64,000 bases of DNA from an uncultured Nitrospiraceae bacterium (GTDB lineage: Bacteria; Nitrospirota; Thermodesulfovibrionia; Thermodesulfovibrionales; SM23-35): the NCBI GenBank assembly GCA_963727775.1, contig CAVSHB010000001.1, positions 1,024,001-1,088,000 on the forward strand, read 5' to 3'. Below are positions 21,200 to 31,410 of this stretch, piece after piece. The stretch's first letter is position 1, and every line of letters starts with the position of its first letter. Both the position numbers and the translations under genes were made by a program. The notes beneath the pieces were generated by a model. That model saw nothing but the letters and a program-made list of their open reading frames with translations, did not search any database and was not told where the DNA came from.

Positions 21200-22902
21200 G
21201 AGTCTGTCGGACTTTCAACATTTCTGAAAAGTTTACTTCTTGAAGGACACGGCAGTCTCTTAAGAACCTTTATTGCAAACTGGGCAGCAGAAATCTTTTC
21301 GGCCTGTAATTATCTAAGTCCGACAGACCTGCATGGGCGTTCCTTATGGCATAATAGACAAGCGGCATAAGAATGAACAACAGGAGATCAGCATAATGTT
21401 CAAACAATGTGACAGAGAGACGATATATTTATTTCCGCCGTCGGTGCAGGAATGGTTGCCCGAGGGTCACTTGGCGAGATTTGTCGTAGAGATAGTGGAT
21501 CAGCTTAATCTTGACCGGTTGAAAAATGATTATGCAGGACGAGGCAGTGAGGCATACAGCCCTGAGATGCTGGTGGCATTATTATTTTACGGATATGCGA
21601 CGGGAGTCTTTTCGAGCAGGCAATTAGAGCGTAGCACGTACGACTCTGTAGCATTCCGGTATGTGGCAGCCAACAGTCACCCTGACCATGACACAATAGC
21701 AACCTTTCGACGTCGGTTTTTGCCTAAGCTGAAAGAACTGTTTGTGCAGATACTAATGATAGCAGCAGAAACCGGGGTATTGAAGTTAGGCACGGTCAGC
21801 TTGGATGGGACCAAAATGAAAGCCAATGCCTCAAAGCACAAGGCGTTGAGCTACGGGCATGCATGCAAAATAGAGAATAAGTTGAAAGTGGAAGTGGCGG
21901 AACTGATGAAGAAAGCTGAGGCTGCTGACAAAGCTGACATTCCTGACGGCATGAACATCCCGGAAGAGCTGGAGCGGCGAGAGAAGCGGCTGAAAATGAT
22001 AGCTGAAGCAAAAGCTGAGATAGAGCGCCGTGCGGCAGAGCGGCATGCAATGGAACAAGCCGACAGTGAAAAGAAACAGGCAGAGCGTGTAGCCAAACAA
22101 AAGCAGAGCGGCAAGAAACCCCGAGGCAAAGGACCCAAGCCGCCTGCAGCCGGGCCAACTGACAAAGATCAGGTCAATCTGACCGATGAAGAATCTCGCA
22201 TAATGCCGGCATCGGGTGGAGGATTCAAGCAGGCTTATAATGCTCAAGCAGCCGTGGATACAGAAACAATGCTTATTGTCGCAACGCATGTAACACAACA
22301 ATCCAATGACAAACAGCAGATGAAACCAGCGCTTGAAGCGCTTACATATCTGCCCGAACAACTTGGCAAAGTAAAAACTATAATAGCCGACAGCGGGTAT
22401 TACAGCGAAGCAAATGTGCAAGAATGTGAGAGCAAAGGAATAGAGCCATATATAGCAGTAGATCGGCAGAGTCATAATCAGCCTTTATGGGAGCGATTCG
22501 TCGAACCGCCTCCATTGCCGGTTGATGCTGATGCAGTGACAAGAATGAAACATCGGTTGAAGACAGTTGCCGGTAAGGCAATTTATGCGATACGCAAGAG
22601 TACTGTGGAGCCGGCGTTTGGGGTAATCAAGGCAGCTATGGGATTTGACCGATTCCTGTTGCGTGGTTTTACTGCAGTCAATGGCGAGTGGGATATGATC
22701 TGCATTGCATGGAACATCAAAAGGCTGCATGCATTGAGGAACAGCCAGGTAGGCGCCTGAAAATGGCGATGGCATAATGTATCCAACAAAACACCGGCAG
22801 GAAAGAACCGATGACAGACGATCAAATCATGAAAAATAACTACAATCGACTCTCTCGGATTCCAACCGCTGTCAAAAACAGCAATTCAAGTCCGACAGAC
22901 TC
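21200..22902 (+). mobile_element. IS1182-family insertion sequence bounded by CTAG
   Basis: Perfect 15-bp IR GAGTCTGTCGGACTT / AAGTCCGACAGACTC; CTAG at 21196-21199 and 22903-22906; extra internal IR copy at 21316-21328. Confidence 0.9.
21396..22760 (+). CDS. IS1182-family transposase
   Basis: WLPEGHLARF, YGYATGVFSSR, PDHDTI, LDGTK, TDEESR, ADSGY, RKSTVEPAFG; start chosen after a GGAG RBS (ORF is open from 21333). Confidence 0.92.
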   Translation: MFKQCDRETIYLFPPSVQEWLPEGHLARFVVEIVDQLNLDRLKNDYAGRGSEAYSPEMLVALLFYGYATGVFSSRQLERSTYDSVAFRYVAANSHPDHDTIATFRRRFLPKLKELFVQILMIAAETGVLKLGTVSLDGTKMKANASKHKALSYGHACKIENKLKVEVAELMKKAEAADKADIPDGMNIPEELERREKRLKMIAEAKAEIERRAAERHAMEQADSEKKQAERVAKQKQSGKKPRGKGPKPPAAGPTDKDQVNLTDEESRIMPASGGGFKQAYNAQAAVDTETMLIVATHVTQQSNDKQQMKPALEALTYLPEQLGKVKTIIADSGYYSEANVQECESKGIEPYIAVDRQSHNQPLWERFVEPPPLPVDADAVTRMKHRLKTVAGKAIYAIRKSTVEPAFGVIKAAMGFDRFLLRGFTAVNGEWDMICIAWNIKRLHALRNSQVGA

Positions 22903-22904
22903 CT

Positions 22905-23639
22905 AGGCAAGATAACTACAACCGAATGTCCAACTATCCCGATAGGGTTTGGTTCAGGTTGGACGTTGATTTCAAAGGTATGAACAAAACTCGGTGTCTT
23001 GGCGGTTGTCCCGACAACAGAGGCTACTGTGCAAATGATTTAAAATCAGCAAGGGCCACATTTCTTTGGTTCTCACTCACCAAAGTTCTAAACGGTGTAT
23101 ATCCAGTCTGGGCGAATCAATTCGACATCTGGACCCCGAACATTCCCAAGGAAAATGAAAAAATGCTTTATTCACTCTGTTTCGCATTTTGCTTAGCGGA
23201 GAACCGTTGTGTGGTAACGAAGTTCGAGAAAGACAATCCGGTGGAAGGCGCTCCAGAGGTGTTCGTTGACAATCCACTCTGCCCAACCAATCCGGAATCC
23301 TTTTGGTCAAAAACACTCGACAGCGAAATCGTTGAGGAGTCGCAGTTGGCCATTGAGTTGGTAGAGCTTGTCAAGCAACTTTACAAAAAGTGGAATCATA
23401 AATATTGCAAGGGGCAAGTCCTGCGCAGCATCGGGTTACAAGACGAGCCATATTTCAAGTATTTCGACTACAAGGATTTTGTCACACCGCATTCAGGACT
23501 TATCCAAATTCAAAAATATGCTGAAACCCACAACGCGGAAGACCTGATGGAACTCTTCGAGAAAATCTCTGCAAAGACCAAAGAGGTACGAGAAGAAATT
23601 TATAGGCTGTTGACTCAGGAGTTTGCGTATTTTGAATAG
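22905..23639 (+). pseudogene. C-terminal part of a larger unknown protein, truncated at the IS1182 end
   Basis: Frame is open from the IS junction (RQDNYNR-MSNYP...); no RBS before the ATG at 22926. Confidence 0.55.
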
Positions 23640-23657
23640 TCAGCGAGAAATCGAGGA

Positions 23658-23713
23658 GCACCAAATAGGGGCTGCACCGGACGCTGGGTAGCGCCGGTTG
23701 TGAGCAAGTCATT
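23658..23713 (+). other. Degenerate attC-like hairpin
   Basis: ACCGG-A-CGCT-gggt-AGCG-CCGGT with an extrahelical base, just after the stop of the preceding ORF; R boxes eroded. Confidence 0.4.
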
Positions 23714-24037
23714 TCATTGCGATGAACACCTGATACTTGAGAGTGTTGAAAAAATAAAACTATACAAAAGTTCTCCGCGAAACATGCAGCATGTAGTTTT
23801 TGAAATCGGAGTTTTCCATTTATCGAACGCAGTCGCCAACTCCCGCCGGCCTGTGTGTGTTTCTCGGGAAAATTGATAAACTGAGGGTCATTATCTGGTC
23901 GCCGCAGATTTCGTCCCGAACCATGCATTGCTTTCCGGGGCTAAAAGATAAGAAATAAGAGGGGACCGGATTTCAACTTCACCTACGAAGAGTGAAAAAT
24001 GAATGTTGAAGTAACTTAGCGATTATGAAAAGAAATG

Positions 24038-24089
24038 GACATGAAGTTCACCGGGAGTGTAAGCGATCCGGTGGAACGACGCGGTAGAC
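24038..24089 (-). other. Degenerate attC-like hairpin
   Basis: Minus strand GTCTACC..GTTCCACCGGATCGCTTACACTCCCGGTGAAC, starting 4 bp after the stop of 24093-24797; bulged stem typical of attC. Confidence 0.55.
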
Positions 24090-24092
24090 TCA

Positions 24093-24797
24093 TTAGTCTT
24101 TCCACAAGTCAAAAGTTGCTACCATTTGTGGTATTCCATGTCGGCTGGCTACACCCCGTGTTATTTCAACAAAGTGTCGCAGTGTTTTCTCGTCGATAAC
24201 GTTCGCCTCAGCAACCCCCAGTTCAGCTAGTTCCGCCTTGGAGGCAAGACCTTGAATTCGCATAGTAAAACGTTCTATCTCATATGCAAAGCGTTGACGC
24301 ATGACTAGAAATGGACGCCAGAGAAACCAACCTGTGTAGAACAGCAGCACACCCAAGCCGCTAATGACACGGTGTTCTACTACGTCAGAAGAAACCTGCG
24401 GCTTGAGCTCCTTCCATTCTTTATTTAGGGCTAGCAGTTTTTCTTTCTCGTCTCGTTGATTAGCTCCTTCAGCCATACCCAAATGAGAATTTAGCCGCTG
24501 GAAATTTTCATCTATAACCTGGATATGCGTTTCCATCTTAATTGCTTCACCCCCCGCCCACATGGCAAGGATAAGCGGAAAAATAAGGAGCAAAATAGTG
24601 AGTATACTAGTATTCGCCGCCGCTGCTCGTCCTCGAACTGCCCCAACGAAAGCCCTAACATATATCCTTCGTACCCACCCTCTTCTCTGAGTACTTAGGT
24701 ATTGCCGTATCTGTTTTTCTCTTTGACCGAGAATAAGACCATAGAGAATCGCGACGACAGCGCTACCAACTATTCCTATTATCAAACCTGTGATCAT
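24093..24797 (-). CDS. Hypothetical membrane protein
   Basis: 234-aa ORF with three hydrophobic segments; GGAG RBS. Confidence 0.7.
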   Translation of the reverse strand: MITGLIIGIVGSAVVAILYGLILGQREKQIRQYLSTQRRGWVRRIYVRAFVGAVRGRAAAANTSILTILLLIFPLILAMWAGGEAIKMETHIQVIDENFQRLNSHLGMAEGANQRDEKEKLLALNKEWKELKPQVSSDVVEHRVISGLGVLLFYTGWFLWRPFLVMRQRFAYEIERFTMRIQGLASKAELAELGVAEANVIDEKTLRHFVEITRGVASRHGIPQMVATFDLWKD

Positions 24798-25103
24798 TGA
24801 TCATCTCTCCTGCGTATTCTACAATTTAATAAAAGACTATTACTTCTCAGGCAGATTGTCAACAAAGTTTGCCGGAAAACGGCTCATGAGAGGCTTAAAA
24901 CTCCACATAATATTGTTATTTTTATTGATATTTAGAATACACTAAATCGCACAAAGAAATAATTTTCACTGGATTCCTTGAGTAATCCCTGTTCAAACAT
25001 TCACCTCTCAGATTCAGCTTTCAGATGTGTTCTACAGGAAGTTGTCTTGCAGTCTGAAGTTGCTGAGAATCCATACAGCACGCAAAGTTTCATAGTCTAA
25101 TTT

Positions 25104-25979
25104 CTATTTTCTTTTACAAAACTCAATCATTGCTCTTTTTAAGACTTCTGCAAACTGCTGAAAAGTAGCCCTGACGAATTTCTCTCTCGAAATAAACCAC
25201 ATAGTTATTGTTCCTGTTCTTAAAGGCCAATCAATAATTCTTGCATTAAATGAAATTAAAACGTCGTAGTATTTTTCACAAATTTCATAAAATTGGTTTA
25301 CCTCAGACAAGTAGCGATTTGAGATTAATAGTTCAATGCAAGCATATCGAAATAAGCTAGTAGTAAAAGTTGAACTTTTATTTTTGTCTTTTAATTTCGC
25401 GATTGTCAACAACTTTTCGAAGTATTTTGTATTGTACTCAAGCTCACTAATCAAACCGAAGAATCGCCGTCCAATTTCTTCATTCTGTATCAACTCATAA
25501 AAAGAACCCCTACCAATAGTTGATTCAAGAACTATGCTGTCTGGTTCATTGGGATTATTTATACAGTCCCCTAAGGCTTCTGTAAAATTCTCCTCAAATT
25601 CAGCATTTTTTATATGATCTTTAGGATAATAAAATAATACTCCTTTACCGGTAATATCAAAAGGTATTTTCGTGCCAGCTTCCGCAATTGTAATCGTCCC
25701 ATGTTTAAAGCTTTGCCTAATGCCTAACTCATAAAAAACATTCGGATTGTGGTCAGTTAGGTCAGCGACTACGATGTCTGATGAAATTAAATCTCTTATG
25801 ATTTCTTTTAAAATTTGTCCTCTTAGAGCTTTGGATCTTTCTGCAATCAGTCCTTCGACAGATTCAATTTTGGGTTTGAGAAAATTCTTGAAGTGATCTT
25901 TCCAATATCTCTCTGTTCTTTTAGTAGTCGTTTTAGAGAAAGGCATTATTACGAAGCACTTTTTCATATCACCCTCCAA
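25104..25979 (-). CDS. Protein with an N-terminal nucleoside 2-deoxyribosyltransferase/TIR-like domain
   Basis: KCFVIMPFS...IIRDLISSDIVVADLTDHNPNVFYELGIR; AT-rich. Confidence 0.72.
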   Translation of the reverse strand: MEGDMKKCFVIMPFSKTTTKRTERYWKDHFKNFLKPKIESVEGLIAERSKALRGQILKEIIRDLISSDIVVADLTDHNPNVFYELGIRQSFKHGTITIAEAGTKIPFDITGKGVLFYYPKDHIKNAEFEENFTEALGDCINNPNEPDSIVLESTIGRGSFYELIQNEEIGRRFFGLISELEYNTKYFEKLLTIAKLKDKNKSSTFTTSLFRYACIELLISNRYLSEVNQFYEICEKYYDVLISFNARIIDWPLRTGTITMWFISREKFVRATFQQFAEVLKRAMIEFCKRK

Positions 25980-26297
25980 GGACTAACTTGGCGGTATTAT
26001 ATCAAATTCCGATAATCGCATTATCTTTCTACATAATACCATGTGGAGTGTTGCTCTCTATCGGGACCTTACGAGGTGTTTGTAACAGGAAGAAGTTTGC
26101 TTTCCATAGTTCTGTTCAAAAGAGTTACGTTAACACATCTTTTGAGTGCAGGTTTTTATTGGAAAGGTGACAGATGAATAGTCCCTTTGGAAATTTCTTT
26201 AAATAAGAATTGACGAGGATATTTAAAAAATATTACTGTGTAGCAGTAGCATTAGCAGTATAAAAACAATATCATGCCCCGACATTAGGAATAGAAT

Positions 26298-26663
26298 ATG
26301 CCATCAGGTGATGCGCACAGACAATGGTTTCCGGAAATGATAGAAATACTGCGGCAACAGTGGAAACCTGAATTTTCATGGGATGAACTTATCCATCTTA
26401 CGTCTCATCTGGATGCTATACTGCAACAAATAAGAAAAGACCGTAATATCATTCCCCCCATGTGTACTTGCAGTAAGTGCGGCGTATATGGGCGCTCACT
26501 CTTTGGTAGGATTTCGATAAATGCTACAATTTTAGCGGCTGGACGTTTCGGAATTGCATCACCGTCCAACGTTAAGGAACTATCCAAGGGCTGGAAAAAA
26601 TATCGAAAGGAACACGACCTTGACCACTATGGAGGGAAGGAGAGCACAGCAACTACCTATTAG
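26298..26663 (+). CDS. Hypothetical protein with a CxxC motif
   Basis: 121-aa ORF; CTCSKCG. Confidence 0.65.
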   Translation: MPSGDAHRQWFPEMIEILRQQWKPEFSWDELIHLTSHLDAILQQIRKDRNIIPPMCTCSKCGVYGRSLFGRISINATILAAGRFGIASPSNVKELSKGWKKYRKEHDLDHYGGKESTATTY

Positions 26664-26717
26664 GCCCTCTGTATCTAATTGGCGATTGCTGTGAGCTATT
26701 AATGGATTTATTGTTCA

Positions 26718-27386
26718 ATGAAACCAGCTGACGATCTTAAAGTCTTCATCACGAGTAGAGACTCGACGTGCGACGAGTGTGGCGAAAATCTGGGTCGTAA
26801 GGCGTGGATTACTCTAACCCGAGACAAAGGGGCGCTCTGCTTAGCCTGTGCCGATCTAGAGCACCTTATATTCCTGTCGTCGGGAAATGCCGCGCTTACC
26901 AGACGGGCCCGCAAGCACTCAACGTTATCAGCTGTGGTCCTAAAATGGAGCCAGAGTAGAAAGCGATATGAACGACAGGGGCTTCTAATAGAAGAAGCGG
27001 CATTGGAAAAGGCCGAAAAAGAATGCCTGGCTGATGAAGAAATAAGACTACGGCGACAGAAACGTGAAGCAGACCGGAGGGAGGAGATAGACCTCCAGTA
27101 CATAAGTAATTTCGCCGATCGTGTGCGGCAACTTTTCCCTTCGTGCCCACTTGGACGAGAATTTGTCATAGCCGAACATGCATGCTTGAAATACAGTGGC
27201 CGAGTGGGCCGCACAGCGACAGCAAAGAGTCTCGAAGAGAATGCTATTCGCCTAGCCGTTATTGCGCATATTCGTCATGTGGAAACGCCGTATGACAGAT
27301 TGTTGGCCAAAGGTCACGATAGACGAACCGCACGAGCCCGGGTTGAAGAAAAAGTTGATGAAACAGTGAGTAAGTGGGAACACTAA
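26718..27386 (+). CDS. DUF2293 domain protein
   Basis: CDECG..CLACADL, WSQSRKRYERQG, SGRVGRT, AVIAHIRHVETPYD. Confidence 0.88.
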   Translation: MKPADDLKVFITSRDSTCDECGENLGRKAWITLTRDKGALCLACADLEHLIFLSSGNAALTRRARKHSTLSAVVLKWSQSRKRYERQGLLIEEAALEKAEKECLADEEIRLRRQKREADRREEIDLQYISNFADRVRQLFPSCPLGREFVIAEHACLKYSGRVGRTATAKSLEENAIRLAVIAHIRHVETPYDRLLAKGHDRRTARARVEEKVDETVSKWEH

Positions 27387-27600
27387 TGACCTGGGGAAAA
27401 GTTGCACGATAGAGGCTTTTCATTCATTTAATTCTTCCTTGTAATCCGCGTCTGTGGTATACTCTTCAAAAATGCTGAGTATAACCAGAAATCAATGTCG
27501 ACAACATTGGAAAGCAAGGTATCACATCATATTACGTTAAAAATGGTTCTGGGTGGTTTTGGATTGCGCAGAGACGGAAAGAATGGGTTAGCTAATTATC

Positions 27601-28179
27601 TTATTGTTTAACTACTACCAAAGTGCCAGCCATCATGTCGTGAAGAGCTTGTTTCTTCTGTGTAAACCCAGCCATCATGTAACCGATAAGCAATATTAAT
27701 GTGGATAATATTTTTGCAAAATATCGCCCAGTTGCCTTACCGAATGAGATTTTATTGCCTTCAAGGTCGGTAACAACAATGCCTATCGCCATCTTCCCCA
27801 GCGTTGCTTGTTTATCTGAACTTTCCATAATTGCAGAGTATAGCCAAGATGCGATAAAAGTGAATAAGTTTGCAGGAAGTGAGTTTGCTGCCCGAAGACC
27901 GCTTCCTGTTAATGCATATAAGGCAACAACAAATATCACCGATATAAAGAGCCACACAATGAAATCTACCAAAGAAGCCATTACCCTTCGCCAGAATCCC
28001 GCATACACTACATTCTCTGCTGGTCCTGAGAAATATTGGTGTCTGTATCCTGAAGTTTCCTTTGTGTTTTGTTCTTCTTGTTGAGAGTGTATTGACACAG
28101 AGTCAGTTCTTTTTTCATTGTCCTTAATTTTCTGCGCCTTCCATTTCTCATATTCTTCTCTGTTTTTAAATTCTGGCAT
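27601..28179 (-). CDS. RDD family membrane protein
   Basis: YAGFWRR..A..VD, QATLGK, KKQALHD..AGTLVV. Confidence 0.9.
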   Translation of the reverse strand: MPEFKNREEYEKWKAQKIKDNEKRTDSVSIHSQQEEQNTKETSGYRHQYFSGPAENVVYAGFWRRVMASLVDFIVWLFISVIFVVALYALTGSGLRAANSLPANLFTFIASWLYSAIMESSDKQATLGKMAIGIVVTDLEGNKISFGKATGRYFAKILSTLILLIGYMMAGFTQKKQALHDMMAGTLVVVKQ

Positions 28180-28273
28180 GGCTCCCTTTGTTACCTTCTA
28201 ACATAACCTACGAGAGTTTTCCTTTTCAACGTCTTCGGGACATGATCTAATGATGTGGAGTTGATGGAAATCA

Positions 28274-28512
28274 TCACATTAACCTGTAATCTCTCAGAGA
28301 GTTTTTCCACAGCCCGGCAAGACGTGACCCCACTTCTATCTTTTTCCTCTCCAGCTCTATTGTTTCCTGGCAATCCCGGCAATAAAGAGCAAAGGGGACG
28401 ACGCTCAGACGGTCTTCGCTGATCTCTTCATTCCGCTCTTCAAGATTCTGAGCGCATCCATTTTTCTTTCAAGAAGCATTCTTCTTACCGTCTCGCGTCG
28501 TACCTGTGTCAT
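28274..28512 (-). pseudogene. Internally deleted DksA/TraR-family zinc-finger gene
   Basis: MTQVRRETVRRMLLERK... joined out of frame to EEISEDRLSVVPFALYCRDCQE; coiled-coil and first CxxC missing. Confidence 0.72.
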
Positions 28513-28678
28513 ATACAGCCCCCGTATGAAAAGGTCAGTATCTGATGGATATCATATTGTGATTACTCTTACGGCTTGATGACAGAGAGATGAAGAGTTT
28601 ATTAAATTGCAGAAAGTAATCTTTAGCATTTCTTACCCCTGTTTGATCCCTCTAAATTAGCGGCTTCAAACTTACGCA

Positions 28679-28828
28679 ATGTTTATAGAGGAGGATGCAG
28701 AAGGAATCATACTGGGATGCACCGAGATACCATTGTTGATCAAACAGGAAGATGTGAGCATGACAGTTTTCGACATGACGACGATGCACGTGGAGGCTGC
28801 AATAGAATATTCACTGAATAGAAAATAA
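28679..28828 (+). pseudogene. C-terminal fragment of an aspartate/glutamate racemase
   Basis: AEGIILGCTEIPLLIKQED...FD.T..HVEAAIEY. Confidence 0.8.
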
Positions 28829-29159
28829 TCCCTTTCTTGTGGAAACAAGGCCCCTGCGCATAACAAGGTATACGCCTAAAAGGACGAAAGAAATGCAGTA
28901 TTAAAGAGAGTCGTGAGAGGCAAACATCCATCCTGAAGCAAACAGAACGAACATTTGATATAATGATGAATATTACAACCAGAAATAACTGATTGAAGAT
29001 GTGGGTTAAAATGGTTGAAGGGATAGAATTTATAATCAATAAGTATCCAGTAGGCTTAATTGTCGCTCAAGTTGAAAAGTTAAATATTATTCCCTGCTGA
29101 GGCTGGATTGAAAAACCAGACTAAAAAGTCCAGACTAAAAGCAGCCTGGGGGTGTAATT

Positions 29160-29456
29160 GTGAAAGTACTCATTCTGTTAATTTCTCTCTCAGCAATTTT
29201 CGTGATTTTCTACGCATTGTTCAGAGCTGCAACCCTGAATAGCAAGATCCCAGGAGGGCTTGTCAAGGAAACTTGGCGGCTTCTTTACTACCTAATAGGA
29301 CTTTTGGCAGTAGGATATCTAACGATGCCATTATTTCCAATGTTGCCTGAGTCATCGAGAGACCTCATTGTTTCAACTATTTATCTGGCGGGGGCTATCT
29401 TTATTGTAAAGGTAATCAATCTCATTTATAAGATAACAAAAGAGATAGGATTATAA
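29160..29456 (+). CDS. Small three-helix membrane protein
   Basis: 98-aa hydrophobic ORF, 8 bp upstream of the PilZ gene. Confidence 0.68.
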   Translation: MKVLILLISLSAIFVIFYALFRAATLNSKIPGGLVKETWRLLYYLIGLLAVGYLTMPLFPMLPESSRDLIVSTIYLAGAIFIVKVINLIYKITKEIGL

Positions 29457-29464
29457 ATCAAGAA

Positions 29465-30031
29465 GTGGGCGCCAAGGACGATTTAAAGAATATTATAGAA
29501 AAGCATATCGGCGAGGCTGTCAGCTCTTTTTTTCTTGCAAAGTCTTTAGCAATCATAAACGAGTCAACTGAGAATAAAGAGAGTTTCATCGCTGCTGCCG
29601 ATCGGATCTGCAAAAGGATAGCCTTATTTATTGATAAAAACCTGGCGCAAACAGTATTTGAAAAGCTCATGGCAGAGATTGAGAAAAAACCCTTATTGCA
29701 TGGACCAAAAAGGAGATACACAAGGGTTACTTACTGCAAGAAGGTGCGAGTGAAATACAATGGTGCACACCATGAATTAGACTCTGAAAATCTCTCAGAA
29801 GGAGGGATGTACATTAGGGCAAAGGAACCATTTCCTGCCGGTTCAGAATTAGAAATAACTTTGTCTTTAGGAGTTGGAAGCAAGATATATTTAACAGGGG
29901 TCGTAGTTTATGAAACGAGCCCGCTGAGTGACTCTTCAAAACTTCCCCCAGGCATGGCAATCGAGTTTAAAGAAATCGGGGACAAGGAGATCGAGATGCT
30001 GCGGGGCTATATAAAAAGAGCCCAAGATTAA
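29465..30031 (+). CDS. PilZ domain protein (c-di-GMP receptor)
   Basis: KRRYTR and ENLSEGGMYI motifs; PPGMAIEF. Confidence 0.85.
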   Translation: MGAKDDLKNIIEKHIGEAVSSFFLAKSLAIINESTENKESFIAAADRICKRIALFIDKNLAQTVFEKLMAEIEKKPLLHGPKRRYTRVTYCKKVRVKYNGAHHELDSENLSEGGMYIRAKEPFPAGSELEITLSLGVGSKIYLTGVVVYETSPLSDSSKLPPGMAIEFKEIGDKEIEMLRGYIKRAQD

Positions 30032-30275
30032 AATTTTATTGAGAGTATGGAACATCAGCTTAATAAAACCCTCTCTATTGGATGAACAAGACTCCTTCCT
30101 CCTGAACTCAACACCCTTGCATCCTGATATAATTGTCCATAGTACAACTGGTATTGACTATGAAGAAGAGTCTTGGAAATAAGAACCGAATTGGTCATTT
30201 TGAAAGGGAAGCAACACTCAACTTGTTGAGGTGGTTGTTCAAGGCTCGATCATCAAACTGATGCTCTTAACTTTC

Positions 30276-30962
30276 CTACTTTCTCCTCGCAGCTGCCATC
30301 CCCAAAAGACCCGAGCCTAAGAGCCATACAGAGGAAGGGATGGGAGCCCATGTGGTCGTAGTTACATGTGAAGCAGAATGGTTGGTTTCCCAAAAAATAG
30401 GATTGTTGTTGTTCGTTGGGTCCCAAGTGCCTCTCCATCCCGTCAAATTGCTCTCGGTGACATAGACGTAGAGATACTGATCCAAGCCGTAAAAATTGCT
30501 GTTTTTCTGGTTGTTGGCAAACAGGAATTCCATGGTGCCTTTTCGGCCGCTGCCATCGAACCAAACCTCCTCTAAGGTATATGACGAGGCAATAGTATGC
30601 CCAGGCCATTTACTTTTGTCTGTGCCTGTAATTGTTAGACTTCCGGACTGGAAAGCACCGGTCTCGCTAAACTGCGCCGTAAGAGCAAACTTGCCATTTG
30701 TCACCGGGTAATATTGATATTTTGGATTCGACTTCGGCGCATAGAGTGTCAAGCTTCCTCCACTGACATTAAGCGTACCCCCTGCGCCACTGTATTTGTA
30801 AGTCAACTGATCGCCGGTCGACATAACTTCAGGATAGTAGGGGGGGGTCCAATTCTGTAGATAGGCGTTTGCGTCTACCGCCGCTGACAGCAACGCGAAC
30901 ACCGCAAGAAAGACCACACCGATAAATTTTAGATATCTCGGTAAACCCACACTCTCCTTCAT
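30276..30962 (-). CDS. Exported protein with a VPLPA/PEP-CTERM-type sorting signal
   Basis: Signal peptide; C-terminal APIPSSVWLLGSGLLGMAAARRK. Confidence 0.82.
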   Translation of the reverse strand: MKESVGLPRYLKFIGVVFLAVFALLSAAVDANAYLQNWTPPYYPEVMSTGDQLTYKYSGAGGTLNVSGGSLTLYAPKSNPKYQYYPVTNGKFALTAQFSETGAFQSGSLTITGTDKSKWPGHTIASSYTLEEVWFDGSGRKGTMEFLFANNQKNSNFYGLDQYLYVYVTESNLTGWRGTWDPTNNNNPIFWETNHSASHVTTTTWAPIPSSVWLLGSGLLGMAAARRK

Positions 30963-31410
30963 TGCTTTCCTCCTGATTAATGTTAAAAACAGTGCTTTTC
31001 GTGATTTATCCTTTAAATCATGTTCTCATTATACTAAATATACCCAATAATAAATATAAGGGAAAAAGTAACATTGTTACCACTGATTTCTCTCGTAAAT
31101 CTTCAGTGTTATAACATGTTGACCCGCGAGGATTTGTAGGTGTACTTGATGTCCGGCCTTGCTGAACAATCCTCACCACGATCATATCTGTTGCCGATGA
31201 ATGTTTCTACCGGAATTTCACGCCGGGGAAACGGGACCAACTGCAGGGTGATCTAACCGGGTCATAATATCGGTGTCGCCAAGGTCAGTATAATTCAGGG
31301 CGTACTATGCAGTTATGAGAACTCGCAATTTTTGAGAGTTACTGTGAGTACTCGGATGCCAGAACTGAAAATTGTATAATGCAGATTTCTCAAAAACCTC
31401 AAATTACTTC

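Noticed and set aside
29116..29141. Short direct repeat ccagactaaaa upstream of the PilZ operon; possible c-di-GMP riboswitch
   Set aside because: Only two copies and no riboswitch consensus recognisable; function unsupported
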